A stretch of DNA of 56,521 bases from Bacteroidota bacterium (GTDB lineage: Bacteria > Bacteroidota > Bacteroidia > Chitinophagales > UBA8649): contig JAYYPZ010000014.1 in NCBI GenBank assembly GCA_036128775.1, forward strand, positions 1 to 56,521. The letters run 5' to 3'. Shown in pieces: positions 28,683-38,555 of the stretch; the stretch's first letter is position 1; every line of letters starts with the position of its first letter. A program made the position numbers and the translations under genes. The notes beneath the pieces are model-generated. The model was not told the DNA's origin, ran no database searches, and worked only from the letters and a program-made list of their open reading frames with translations.

Positions 28683-28840
28683 TCAGTTCGTTTCAAGCAC
28701 ACCATCGTATATTCAATGAATTGCATTGTCCAAGCATCCTGAATGTTCCTTGCAATGATTTGTAAATATTCGTAATGATACGAAAATGCAAGGCGTAAGA
28801 GTTCCCCGGAAATGCCTTGGATTTACATGGGATTTATTGG

Positions 28841-31696
28841 CTATTTCTTGCCTGAAGTAGCCTGTTCTAACTCCTTAGAAAGAAAGCGAGCGGTGTGCCC
28901 TGTCTTGGTTTGAGAGGCGACATATTCTGGACTTCCTTCAAGCAGAATTTGACCTCCGCCTTCTCCTCCCTCTGGGCCTAAATCAATGATGTGATCTGCG
29001 ACCTTTATGACATCCATATTGTGCTCAATTACGATGACAGAATTTCCCTTGTTTACAAGATTTTGAAGAACGTGAAGAAGGATTTTTATATCGTTAAAAT
29101 GAAGTCCGGTGGTTGGCTCATCTAGAATATATAACGTCTGTCCAGTATCTCTTTTAGAAAGCTCGGCAGCAAGCTTCACACGTTGAGCTTCTCCACCACT
29201 AATTGTGGTCGAAGGCTGGCCTAATCGTAAGTAACCCAATCCAACGTCGAGGAGGGTTTTTGCTTTGCGATATATGTTTGGTATGGCCTCGAAAAACTCT
29301 ACGGCTTCTTCGACATTCATATTGAGTACGTCATTAATCGATTTCCCTTTGTAACGAACATCCAAGGTTTCTCGATTATATCGCTGTCCTCTGCATGTAG
29401 GACATTCTACATAGACATCGGGTAGAAAGTTCATCTCAATGGTTTGCAATCCTGCTCCTTTGCAGGTTTCGCACCGTCCACCTTGGACATTAAAGGAAAA
29501 TCGACCGGGTTTGTAGCCACGAATTTTTGATTCTGGTAATTGGGCAAACAAGCTTCGAATTTCATCAAACAGTTTGATGTAGGTGGCAGGATTCGAGCGA
29601 GGCGTTCTCCCAATGGGGCTTTGATCAATATCAATAACCTTATCAATCTGGTCTAGCCCTTCGATGCTATCGTAAGGCATAACTTTTCGTTTACCGCGAT
29701 ACACATAGTTATGCGTTAGGGGAAAAAGGGTTTGATTGATAAGGGTTGACTTTCCGCTCCCTGATACGCCAGTAACGCATGTGAAAACGCCTAAAGGAAT
29801 GGATAAATCAACGTTTTTAAGGTTGTTTCCTCTCGCTCCTTTGATGTGAATCATTCGATCAGAGTCAACAGCTCGTCGTTCTTTGGGAATTGCTATTTGA
29901 CTGCGTCCATAGAGATAATCGGAGGTAATCGTCTTTTTGGATTTTAACTGCTTAGGCTTTCCTGAGGCCACTATTTCCCCACCATATACTCCCGCTCCAG
30001 GCCCAATGTCAACGAGGTGATTGCACGCGAGCATGATGTCTTTATCATGCTCTACAACAATCACAGTATTATCAGCCTCTACGAGCCGTTGCAGGGATTT
30101 GATCAATCGCTCGTTGTCTCGTTGATGTAATCCAATGGAGGGTTCATCCAAAATATAAGTGACTCCAGATAAAGCAGAGCCTATCTGAGTTGCTAATCGT
30201 ATACGTTGCGCTTCGCCTCCTGATAAAGAACGAGTGACCCGGTTAAGGGTCAAATAACCAAGACCTACATCAAGCATGAAGCCGATTCGATCTAATATTT
30301 CTTTTACTACTTCTTCGGCGATATGAAATTGCCGTTCATCCATCGAGGAGGCCATCTTTTCGACCGTGGTTTTAAGGTCATGTAGGTTCAATTGAGCTAG
30401 ATGGCCTATATGTAGGTTGTCAAATCGAAACCATAGGGATTCCTTTTGAAGACGAAATCCTTCACATGATGAGCACACCTCTTCCACCATAAACTCCTCA
30501 GCCCACTTTCGAATACCATCACTGGAGGTGACTTGAAGGCATCGTGTTAGCATTCCGACAATGCCATGACCTTTAAGCGAATACCACTTGTCTCCACTAG
30601 AGTAGACGGTTGATTCTTTGACTAATCCCTCTTCATTGCCGTAAAGCAACACATTAAGCGCTTTTTCAGGGATATCGGCTATGGGCTCATTGATTTTAAA
30701 GTTGTAGCGCTTGGCTATGCGCTTGACCTGTCGAAAGAGGGTAACATCTCTATGAGATCCAAGAGGCACGATACCTCCTTCAAAAATGGTTTTTGCAGGA
30801 TTAGGAATGACTTTTTTAAGGTCGACATGCTTCACAACGCCAAGTCCTTGGCAGGAAGGGCAAGCCCCATATGGAGAGTTAAACGAGAAGGTATTAGGAG
30901 ATGGTGTGGCATAGGAGATGCCTGTATCCATACACATGTAGTGCTGTGAAAAGATTAAGTCTTTTTTCTCCGAGAGCAAGTGAAAGATTACGAGTCCATC
31001 GCCCATCTTTAAGGCTTGATCTATTCCTTCCCGTACGCGATTTTCTTTCTCACCTCCTTGGATAATGATTCGATCGATGACAGCTTCAATATCGTGGACT
31101 TTATATCGATCGAGTTGCATTCCTTCGGTGATTTCTACAATCACACCGTCTACGCGGACTTTTAAAAAGCCTTTTTTATGTAAGCCCTCGAAAAGCTCTC
31201 GGTAGTGCCCTTTTCTAGATTGTACCAGGGGGGCCAGCATAATTACTTTTTCTCCAACCAGATGTTCTAGGCAATGCTCTATAATCTGATCTCTTGTAAA
31301 GCGCTGCATAGCTTTGCCGGTATGATAGGAATACGCTTTACCCGCCCGAGCATACAACAGCCTGAGGAAGTCATAGATTTCTGTAATTGTCCCGACTGTT
31401 GATCGAGGATTTTTATTCACCGTCTTCTGCTCGATAGCGATTACCGGACTTAACCCTGTTATGCTGTCCACTTCAGGTCGTTCCATCCCTCCCATAAACT
31501 GCTTGGCGTAGCTTGAGAGCGTTTCTAAATATCTGCGTTGCCCTTCGGCATAAATGGTCTGAAAGGCAAGCGACGACTTTCCACTTCCACTTACCCCTGT
31601 AATGACGACTAGTTCATTTCTAGGAATATCTAAGCTTACATCCTTTAGGTTATGAGCCCGCGCTCCTTCGATGCGTATAAACTGGTCTGAATTCAC
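28841..31696 (-). CDS. uvrA: Excinuclease ABC subunit A
   Basis: Two ABC ATPase modules (GVSGSGKSSLAF, GVSGSGKSTLI; LSGGEAQR twice) and zinc modules (CPSCQGLG, CETCKGAG...CPTCRG). Confidence 0.97.
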   Translation of the reverse strand: MNSDQFIRIEGARAHNLKDVSLDIPRNELVVITGVSGSGKSSLAFQTIYAEGQRRYLETLSSYAKQFMGGMERPEVDSITGLSPVIAIEQKTVNKNPRSTVGTITEIYDFLRLLYARAGKAYSYHTGKAMQRFTRDQIIEHCLEHLVGEKVIMLAPLVQSRKGHYRELFEGLHKKGFLKVRVDGVIVEITEGMQLDRYKVHDIEAVIDRIIIQGGEKENRVREGIDQALKMGDGLVIFHLLSEKKDLIFSQHYMCMDTGISYATPSPNTFSFNSPYGACPSCQGLGVVKHVDLKKVIPNPAKTIFEGGIVPLGSHRDVTLFRQVKRIAKRYNFKINEPIADIPEKALNVLLYGNEEGLVKESTVYSSGDKWYSLKGHGIVGMLTRCLQVTSSDGIRKWAEEFMVEEVCSSCEGFRLQKESLWFRFDNLHIGHLAQLNLHDLKTTVEKMASSMDERQFHIAEEVVKEILDRIGFMLDVGLGYLTLNRVTRSLSGGEAQRIRLATQIGSALSGVTYILDEPSIGLHQRDNERLIKSLQRLVEADNTVIVVEHDKDIMLACNHLVDIGPGAGVYGGEIVASGKPKQLKSKKTITSDYLYGRSQIAIPKERRAVDSDRMIHIKGARGNNLKNVDLSIPLGVFTCVTGVSGSGKSTLINQTLFPLTHNYVYRGKRKVMPYDSIEGLDQIDKVIDIDQSPIGRTPRSNPATYIKLFDEIRSLFAQLPESKIRGYKPGRFSFNVQGGRCETCKGAGLQTIEMNFLPDVYVECPTCRGQRYNRETLDVRYKGKSINDVLNMNVEEAVEFFEAIPNIYRKAKTLLDVGLGYLRLGQPSTTISGGEAQRVKLAAELSKRDTGQTLYILDEPTTGLHFNDIKILLHVLQNLVNKGNSVIVIEHNMDVIKVADHIIDLGPEGGEGGGQILLEGSPEYVASQTKTGHTARFLSKELEQATSGKK

Positions 31697-31848
31697 TCTT
31701 TATTCTTGTAAGGAAGTCTAGGATTTAACACTGAGACACATACTTTGTTGCTCAAGAAGGACATCAATATAGTCATTTGTTTATCACTGTGAATAATTAT
31801 GTCATAGAATCATTTTAAGAGGTCCGCTTTAGGAAGTACTTTGCAGCC

Positions 31849-34107
31849 GTGGAGAGCTATTTAAATGCATTAAATGACCCGCAACGTGAAGCAGTAACTC
31901 ATCAAGAAGGCCCCCTACTGATTGTAGCCGGCCCAGGGTCGGGGAAAACACGGGTCTTAACCTATCGCATAGCGCATTTAATTCAACAAGGAGTCGATCC
32001 ATTTTCTATTTTATCCTTGACGTTTACCAATAAAGCAGCAGGGGAAATGCGTTCTCGAATTGCCCAAATTTGTGGGGATGAGGCACGAAATCTCTACATG
32101 GGGACTTTCCATTCGGTGTTTGCTCGCATTTTACGTGTCGAAGGACAACGTATTGGATATCCTTCCAATTTTACCATCTACGATACAGCAGATAGCCGCA
32201 GTGTGATTAAAGGATTGGTCAAGCAATATGGTTTGGACGAAAAAAAATACAAGCCTAATCAAGTGTTTAGCCGGATCTCTCAAGCGAAGAATTCCTTGCT
32301 GACCTATGACATCTATCAGGAAGATCCAGAGATTCAATCCGAAGACCTTAGTTCGGGTCGGCCCAAAACAGGGTTTCTTTTTGAGCAATATGTCAAAAAG
32401 TGCCACCAATCAGGTGCGATGGATTTTGACGACTTATTGGTCAATTTTTATAAAATTTTAAACGCCTTTCCTGATGCGTTGTACCGTTATCAGCACCGTT
32501 TTCAGCACTTACTTATCGATGAGTTTCAAGACACTAATGTTGCTCAATATGCCATAGTAAAGAAATTAGCGGCCGTTCATCATAACATAACCGTGGTAGG
32601 GGACGACGCGCAAAGCATCTACTCGTTTCGCGGCGCAACCATTGATAATATCTTAAATTTTGAGAGGGACTTCCCTGAGTTACAAACCATTAAGCTTGAA
32701 CAAAATTATCGCTCAACGAAGGCCATAGTTAAAGCGGCTAATGCCATCATCAAGGAAAACAGAAGTCAAATTCCAAAGGAAATTTGGACATCCAATGCAG
32801 AGGGTAATCCCATTGAGATTTTTCGGGCAGCAAGCGATAATGAAGAGGGAAAAATTGTCGCTGATCGAATCGTTGAGCTCAGCTTACAGCAACAAATTCA
32901 AAAAGACAAGTTTGCGATACTGTATCGGACCAATGCACAGTCTCGATCATTTGAGGAATCGCTGAGAAGACTGAATGTTCCCTACCGTATCTATGGAGGC
33001 CTTTCCTTTTACCAGCGCAAAGAAGTCAAAGATCTTTTAGCCTATTTGCGCCTTCTAGTCAATCCAAATGATGAGGAAGCGCTTCGACGGGTGATCAATT
33101 ATCCTAAGCGAGGAATTGGACTTACTACTATTGAGCGTATCAACCTTAAAGCCAATGCACTGGATACAACAATGTGGGATGTCGTAGCAAGAGCGGATGA
33201 ATTTGAGGATTTGGGACGGTCTCGAGCGTCGATTCAAGCCTTTGGAATCCTTATCCAGAGTTTCCAAACCATGCTCGACAAGAAGAATGCTTATGATATA
33301 GCCTTTCATATAGCTAAGACAACAAAGATTTTAGCCGAGCTTAATGCAGATAAGTCAATAGAGGGTATTAGTCGCTATGAAAACATTTTAGAATTGCTCA
33401 ACGGGATTAAAGAATTTGTTGAAGAAGACACGGTTCGAGACGGAGAAGATTTTTCTAATGATAGAAGCCTCGGTGCGTATCTCCAGAATATTGCCTTGTT
33501 AACGGGTGATGAGAATGAGAAGTCCGATGAACCGGCTGTAAACCTTATGACCATCCATTCAGCAAAAGGCCTTGAATTTCCTGTAGTATTTGTCGTTGGG
33601 TTGGAAGAAGGTCTCTTTCCGAATCAAATGTCTATTTATGATCGCGAAGATTTGGAAGAGGAGAGGCGACTATTCTATGTGGCAGTAACTCGTGCAGAGA
33701 AACTACTCTCCCTTTCCTTTGCCAATACTCGTTATCGTTTTGGTAATTTGCAGTTTTGTGACCCAAGTCGGTTTATTAATGAAGTGCCTCGGGATGTTCT
33801 TGCGGTAAGAAATCAAGGGAGTCCTCCTCCATCATCTCAGCCAAACCCTGCAAAATCCACGTATAAAGTTCCTAGAAAGACTACGATTCGCCGCAAAGCT
33901 CCGGTCCAACATTCCGACCCTTCCTTTGTGCCTGACGATACTTCAACCTTACAGCAAGGACAACGTGTGCTTCATCAACGATTTGGAGAGGGTGAAGTGT
34001 TATCGATTGAAGCACACGGAAGAGATCGTGCAGCCCGTGTTCATTTTGCTCGTGTTGGAGAGAAGAAGCTCATTCTTAAGTTTGCTAAACTTAAAATTCT
34101 CGAATAA
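31849..34107 (+). CDS. uvrD: ATP-dependent DNA helicase, UvrD/PcrA (SF1A) family
   Basis: LNDPQREAV, AGPGSGKTRVLT, LLIDEFQDTN, VGDDAQSIYSFRGA, NYRS, TIHSAKGLEFPVVF, RLFYVAVTRA. GTG start. Confidence 0.92.
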   Translation: MESYLNALNDPQREAVTHQEGPLLIVAGPGSGKTRVLTYRIAHLIQQGVDPFSILSLTFTNKAAGEMRSRIAQICGDEARNLYMGTFHSVFARILRVEGQRIGYPSNFTIYDTADSRSVIKGLVKQYGLDEKKYKPNQVFSRISQAKNSLLTYDIYQEDPEIQSEDLSSGRPKTGFLFEQYVKKCHQSGAMDFDDLLVNFYKILNAFPDALYRYQHRFQHLLIDEFQDTNVAQYAIVKKLAAVHHNITVVGDDAQSIYSFRGATIDNILNFERDFPELQTIKLEQNYRSTKAIVKAANAIIKENRSQIPKEIWTSNAEGNPIEIFRAASDNEEGKIVADRIVELSLQQQIQKDKFAILYRTNAQSRSFEESLRRLNVPYRIYGGLSFYQRKEVKDLLAYLRLLVNPNDEEALRRVINYPKRGIGLTTIERINLKANALDTTMWDVVARADEFEDLGRSRASIQAFGILIQSFQTMLDKKNAYDIAFHIAKTTKILAELNADKSIEGISRYENILELLNGIKEFVEEDTVRDGEDFSNDRSLGAYLQNIALLTGDENEKSDEPAVNLMTIHSAKGLEFPVVFVVGLEEGLFPNQMSIYDREDLEEERRLFYVAVTRAEKLLSLSFANTRYRFGNLQFCDPSRFINEVPRDVLAVRNQGSPPPSSQPNPAKSTYKVPRKTTIRRKAPVQHSDPSFVPDDTSTLQQGQRVLHQRFGEGEVLSIEAHGRDRAARVHFARVGEKKLILKFAKLKILE

Positions 34108-34205
34108 GCGTCAAAAGCCCTTTACCGCGTAATTCAATGGAATTCGTTACCTTGTGTCGCAGAATAGGAGCTACATGCTAGCTTCGTTGTTTACGAACGA
34201 TTTTC

Positions 34206-34835
34206 ATGGAATATAATACTGATAAAACAGCCTTAAGGCTTCGAGAGTATGGACGTAACGTCCAACATATGGCAAACTATGCGAAGGATTTGTCCGACAA
34301 TGAAGAAAAAAAGAAGTGGGCTGAACTCATTGTTCAAGTAATGTCTCAGCTTAATCCTTCTGTACGTTCAATGGAAGATTATAAAACGAAACTCTGGCAG
34401 CACATTGGAATTATTGCAGAAGGCAGTCTCGTGGAATTTGCACCAGAAGGCAGTGTTCCTTCGGAAGAAACAGAGGAAACAGCCTCGTCAAATCAAGTGG
34501 TGTACCCCACAACAAATGCCAAGGAAAGACACTATGGAAGCCACATTGTACAGCTTGTCCAAAAGGTTTCTGCCATGGAGGAAGGGGAGAAAAAGGAAGA
34601 GGGTAAATTGATTATTGCCAACTACATGAAACTTGTCAGTGTAAAGTGGAGTCGAGGCCACGTGAGCGACCAGGTGATTAAAAATGACTTGAATCGACTT
34701 TCAGAGGGTAAACTAACCTTGGCTGACGAGGTAAAACTCGAAGAAGTCGACGTAAAAGTAGAATCTTCTGGATATGCTTCTAAACACCGCAGAAAACGTG
34801 GTGGAAAACGAAATAATAATCGCCATAATCGCTGA
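34206..34835 (+). CDS. DUF4290 domain-containing protein
   Basis: The N-terminus MEYNTDKTALRLREYGRNVQHM and the position directly upstream of murA are typical of Bacteroidota. It has a basic C-terminal tail (HRRKRGGKRNNNRHNR). Confidence 0.7.
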   Translation: MEYNTDKTALRLREYGRNVQHMANYAKDLSDNEEKKKWAELIVQVMSQLNPSVRSMEDYKTKLWQHIGIIAEGSLVEFAPEGSVPSEETEETASSNQVVYPTTNAKERHYGSHIVQLVQKVSAMEEGEKKEEGKLIIANYMKLVSVKWSRGHVSDQVIKNDLNRLSEGKLTLADEVKLEEVDVKVESSGYASKHRRKRGGKRNNNRHNR

Positions 34836-34874
34836 GAAAAAGACCTTAACTTGCTAGCCAACAACTAACACGTT

Positions 34875-36179
34875 ATGGCAGAATTTATCGTTGAGGGTGG
34901 GCATAAATTAAAAGGTTCAATAATTCCTCAAGGGGCAAAGAACGAAGCATTGCAGATAGTATGTGCGGTGCTTCTTACCTCTGAAGAGGTGGTAATCAGC
35001 AATCTTCCACATATTCGAGATGTTTTGGCTCTGATCGATTTGCTAAGAGCAATCGGGGTAGAAGTAGAACAACAATCAACGAATACCTATACTTTCCGTG
35101 CAAAAAATATCGATATCGACTACATGCGTAGTGATGATTTTAGAAAGCGCGCGGCATCGTTACGTGGTTCGATTATGATTATGGGACCTTTACTTTCTCG
35201 ATTCGGAAAAGCTTTCATTCCTAAGCCCGGTGGAGATAAAATTGGTCAACGTCCGTTAGATGCCCATTTTCTAGGCTTTCAACAACTCGGAGCATCGTTT
35301 GAATTCGATACCAAAGAAATTATGTACCGAGTCAAGGCTGATAACCTCCAAGGCGTTGATATGTTTATGACGGAGCCTTCGGTCACTGGGACAGCCAATG
35401 TCATTATGACGGCTGTTATGGCTAAGGGCAAAACCACTATATACAATGCAGCTTGTGAGCCTTACTTACAACAGCTTTGTAAAATGCTCATCTCGATGGG
35501 AGCTAAAATTCAAGGTGTCGGGTCGAATCTACTAACCATTGAAGGGGTGGAAGAACTCAAAGGCTGTGCGCATAGACTGCTTCCCGATATGATTGAGATT
35601 GGCAGTTTTATTGGTTTGGCCGCGATGACGCAAAGTGCGCTTACCATTAAAGATGTCGCGTACAACGAACTTGGTCAGATACCCGATACATTTAGACGCC
35701 TTGGAATCAACGTACAACGTGATGGAGATGATATCGTAATACCAGAACAAGATCATTATGAAATTCAACGATTGATCGATGGCTCTATCCCTACGATTTA
35801 TGATGCTCCATGGCCGAATTTTACACCGGATCTTCTCTCTATAGTCTTGGTTACAGCCATACAAGCCAAAGGAAGTGTACTCATTCATCAGAAGATGTTT
35901 GAAAGCAGGCTTTTCTTTGTCGATAAGCTAAAGGATATGGGAGCCCAAATTACTCTTTGCGACCCTCATCGCGCAGTGGTAATAGGTATGAATCGAGAAC
36001 GCAACCTCCGAGGTATTATGATGAGTAGCCCTGATATTCGAGCAGGGGTTGCCCTTCTGATTGCAGCACTTTCTGCCGATGGCACAAGCCGTATATCCAA
36101 CATTCATCAAATTGACCGAGGCTATCAATTTATTGATGATCGCCTGAAAGCATTAGGAGCTCATATCGAACGAAGGTAA
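34875..36179 (+). CDS. murA: UDP-N-acetylglucosamine 1-carboxyvinyltransferase
   Basis: GAKNEALQ, the loop KPGGDKIGQRPLDAH (Asp121 at the E. coli Cys115 position), and the C-terminal IHQIDRGYQFIDDRLKALGAHIER. Confidence 0.95.
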   Translation: MAEFIVEGGHKLKGSIIPQGAKNEALQIVCAVLLTSEEVVISNLPHIRDVLALIDLLRAIGVEVEQQSTNTYTFRAKNIDIDYMRSDDFRKRAASLRGSIMIMGPLLSRFGKAFIPKPGGDKIGQRPLDAHFLGFQQLGASFEFDTKEIMYRVKADNLQGVDMFMTEPSVTGTANVIMTAVMAKGKTTIYNAACEPYLQQLCKMLISMGAKIQGVGSNLLTIEGVEELKGCAHRLLPDMIEIGSFIGLAAMTQSALTIKDVAYNELGQIPDTFRRLGINVQRDGDDIVIPEQDHYEIQRLIDGSIPTIYDAPWPNFTPDLLSIVLVTAIQAKGSVLIHQKMFESRLFFVDKLKDMGAQITLCDPHRAVVIGMNRERNLRGIMMSSPDIRAGVALLIAALSADGTSRISNIHQIDRGYQFIDDRLKALGAHIERR

Positions 36180-36252
36180 AGGCGTAGTCTGCCATTATGG
36201 CGTGATTTGTAGTTTAGCAAGGAATTTGAGAAACTAGACGCAACACTTTAGT

Positions 36253-36855
36253 ATGGCGACAAAGAAAGATCAAAAAGATCAAATAAATCACGAGGAACAA
36301 GCGCATCAACATGAGTCTTCTACAGAGAAGGAAGCACAGGAAGATTCTTCGCTAGACGATACAGAGGATGCTGATGAGGGTGCTTCTGAGGCCAGCCCTG
36401 AAGAACGCATTGCCTTGTTAGAGGCTGAATTGGCTCAACAAAAGGAGAAATATCTACGGATGTTTGCTGATTTTGATAACGCCAAGCGTCGTCATGCGCG
36501 TGAAAAGCAAGAATGGTTTTCTACGGCAGGAAAAGATGTCATCCTTGATATCTTGCCAGTGGTTGATGACTTTGAGCGGGCAATGCAGATGGAAACAAGT
36601 GAGGCGAATGCCGATGAAAAACTGGAGTCGGAAGGTGTGCAACTTATCTATCAAAAGTTAGCAGGCGTACTCAAAAAGCGGGGCGTTGAGGCAATTGAGG
36701 CTTATGGAATGCCATTCGATGATGCATTGCACGAGGCGCTTACAGAAATTCCAGCTGACCCTGAAATGAAAGGTAAGGTGGTGGATGTGGTTGAGAAAGG
36801 ATATACCATGAATGGTAAACTTATCCGTCATGCGAAAGTTGTAGTAGGAAAGTAA
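36253..36855 (+). CDS. grpE: Nucleotide exchange factor GrpE
   Basis: Acidic N-terminal tail, coiled coil, then [14 protein letters not shown], and a C-terminal beta domain ending ...LIRHAKVVV. Confidence 0.93.
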   Translation: MATKKDQKDQINHEEQAHQHESSTEKEAQEDSSLDDTEDADEGASEASPEERIALLEAELAQQKEKYLRMFADFDNAKRRHAREKQEWFSTAGKDVILDILPVVDDFERAMQMETSEANADEKLESEGVQLIYQKLAGVLKKRGVEAIEAYGMPFDDALHEALTEIPADPEMKGKVVDVVEKGYTMNGKLIRHAKVVVGK

Positions 36856-36856
36856 T

Positions 36857-37990
36857 ATGGCGAAGCGAGATTTTTACGAGGTACTCGGAGTGGACAAAGG
36901 GGCAAGTCAAGGCGAGATCAAGAAGGCTTATCGAAAGACGGCATTAAAGTATCACCCTGATCGCAATCAAGGCGACGAGTCTGCAGAAGAAAAATTTAAA
37001 GAGGCTGCTGAGGCTTACGAGGTTCTTGGTGATGAGCAAAAGCGAGCTCGATATGATCAATACGGTCATAGAGCGTTTGAAGGGAGTGCCGGTGGAGGCC
37101 ATGGTGGAATGGACTTCGAAGATATATTCTCTCGTTTTGGCGATTTGTTTGGTGACGGTGGAGGCGGCGGATTTGGAAGCTTTTTTGGAGGCGGCGGAGG
37201 CGGCCGTCAGCGTGTAGTTAAGGGATCAAGTCTTCGAGTCAAGATCAAGTTAACGCTCGAAGAAATGGCTTCCGGTGTTGAAAAGAAAATCAAGATACAG
37301 CGCTTGGTCAATGCCAAAGGACTGACCTATGAAACCTGTTCGGTGTGTAACGGACAGGGGAGTGTTATGCGTGTTACCAATACAATTTTAGGTCAAATGC
37401 GAACGACACAAACTTGCGCAAACTGCAATGGATCAGGGAAAGTAGTCAGTAATCGACCAGCAGGTACAGATGCTAACGGTCAAAAAAGAGAAGAGCAAGT
37501 CGTAACCATTGATGTGCCCGCAGGGGTTGAAGAAGGCATGCAATTGTCAGTTAGGGGTGAGGGTAATGAAGGGCCAAATGGTGGGATTAACGGTGATCTT
37601 ATCGTGGTCATTGATGAAATTCCGCATGAAGATTTTGTGCGTGACGGACAAAACGTACTATACAACTTATTGGTGAGCTTTCCTGATATGGTTAATGGGA
37701 ACTCGTCAATTGAAGTGCCAACGCTAACGGGGCGTGCGAAGATTAAAATACCAAGTGGAACCCCTTCGGGTAAGATTTTCCGTTTAAAGGGTAAAGGTTT
37801 CCCATCAGTCAATGGCTATGGCAAGGGCGACCAACTGATTTATGTCAATGTTTTCATCCCCAAATCTGTATCTTCTTCAACGAAAAAGATTATTCAAAAC
37901 CTGGACGATGACGGTGGAGCTTCAGTAGAAAGTCAAGCCTCAGACAAGTCGTTCTTTGATGGGTTTCTATCGATGTTCCGAAATCACTAG
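36857..37990 (+). CDS. dnaJ: Molecular chaperone DnaJ (atypical: only two CxxCxGxG motifs)
   Basis: J domain (DFYEVLGV...YHPDRN), a G/F-rich linker, a Cys-rich region containing only CSVCNGQG and CANCNGSG, and C-terminal substrate-binding domains. It starts 1 nt after grpE. Confidence 0.93.
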   Translation: MAKRDFYEVLGVDKGASQGEIKKAYRKTALKYHPDRNQGDESAEEKFKEAAEAYEVLGDEQKRARYDQYGHRAFEGSAGGGHGGMDFEDIFSRFGDLFGDGGGGGFGSFFGGGGGGRQRVVKGSSLRVKIKLTLEEMASGVEKKIKIQRLVNAKGLTYETCSVCNGQGSVMRVTNTILGQMRTTQTCANCNGSGKVVSNRPAGTDANGQKREEQVVTIDVPAGVEEGMQLSVRGEGNEGPNGGINGDLIVVIDEIPHEDFVRDGQNVLYNLLVSFPDMVNGNSSIEVPTLTGRAKIKIPSGTPSGKIFRLKGKGFPSVNGYGKGDQLIYVNVFIPKSVSSSTKKIIQNLDDDGGASVESQASDKSFFDGFLSMFRNH

Positions 37991-38472
37991 TTTGATTGAA
38001 ACTCAATCAACACCTTGTTTTTCTCGACATTTTCTCCTTGGCTCACATGGACTTTAGCAACGATTTGATTGTCGGTCTGCGCTTTGAGTAAGTTCTCCAT
38101 CTTCATGGCTTCAAGCTTGACCAATGCTTGGCCTTTTTGCACCACGTCACCTGGTTTCACTTCCACACTGAGGACGAGACCTGGCATAGGGGCAATTAGT
38201 GGTTGATTTTGTGTCGACTCCTCGGAGTCAAAGCCCATTTTTTCAAGCAGCACATCCCATTGATCTTGATATCTGAGACCTAGGTCCTTCCCGTCAATGG
38301 AGAAGGTTATTGTTTTTTTACTTTGATCAATGTGTAGGACATGGGCAAGTGTTAGCTTTTTGGTTTGCGGATGAATCCATCGATAGACTCCGGGTTTTAC
38401 TAATTCCCATGAAGTCTCTGTATCGTTGCCCAAGTCGATGGTTATGTCGTTATGTTCAATAATACATTTCAT
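37987..38472 (-). CDS. Biotin/lipoyl-attachment domain protein (BCCP-like, stand-alone)
   Basis: C-terminal biotinyl domain with an EAMKMEN motif (aa ~90-160). The N-terminal ~85 aa are unassigned. There is no adjacent carboxylase gene. Confidence 0.75.
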   Translation of the reverse strand: MKCIIEHNDITIDLGNDTETSWELVKPGVYRWIHPQTKKLTLAHVLHIDQSKKTITFSIDGKDLGLRYQDQWDVLLEKMGFDSEESTQNQPLIAPMPGLVLSVEVKPGDVVQKGQALVKLEAMKMENLLKAQTDNQIVAKVHVSQGENVEKNKVLIEFQSN

Positions 38473-38555
38473 AATAAAATCTTTAACGCTTGATTTCCGT
38501 TAGAATAGTCGGAATCAACGAATTCATTAGTAGTTTAGCGAAAATAACTTTTACA

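Noticed and set aside
28749-28793. Nested inverted repeats (CCTTGCA...TGCAAGG enclosing TTCGTA-ATGA-TACGAA) between the convergent sprA and uvrA genes, considered as a possible terminator
   Set aside because: The stems are short (7 and 6 bp) and there is no adequate T-tract on either strand. It could be a weak or factor-dependent terminator, but this is not supportable from sequence alone.
31787-31802. SOS-box-like CTGT-N8-ATGT in the divergent uvrA/uvrD spacer
   Set aside because: The right arm deviates from ACAG, and the E. coli-type LexA box is not expected to apply to Bacteroidota. It is a single weak match with no palindromic symmetry.
36214-36240. CIRCE-like half site (TTAGCAAGG) upstream of grpE-dnaJ
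   Set aside because: Only the left arm resembles TTAGCACTC. The segment 9 nt downstream (AACTAGACG) does not match GAGTGCTAA, so this is not an HrcA operator.
37150-37210. GGC/GGA-rich tandem-looking DNA in dnaJ
   Set aside because: It encodes the standard Gly/Phe-rich linker ([18 protein letters not shown]). It is not a nucleotide-level repeat element or a CRISPR-like array.
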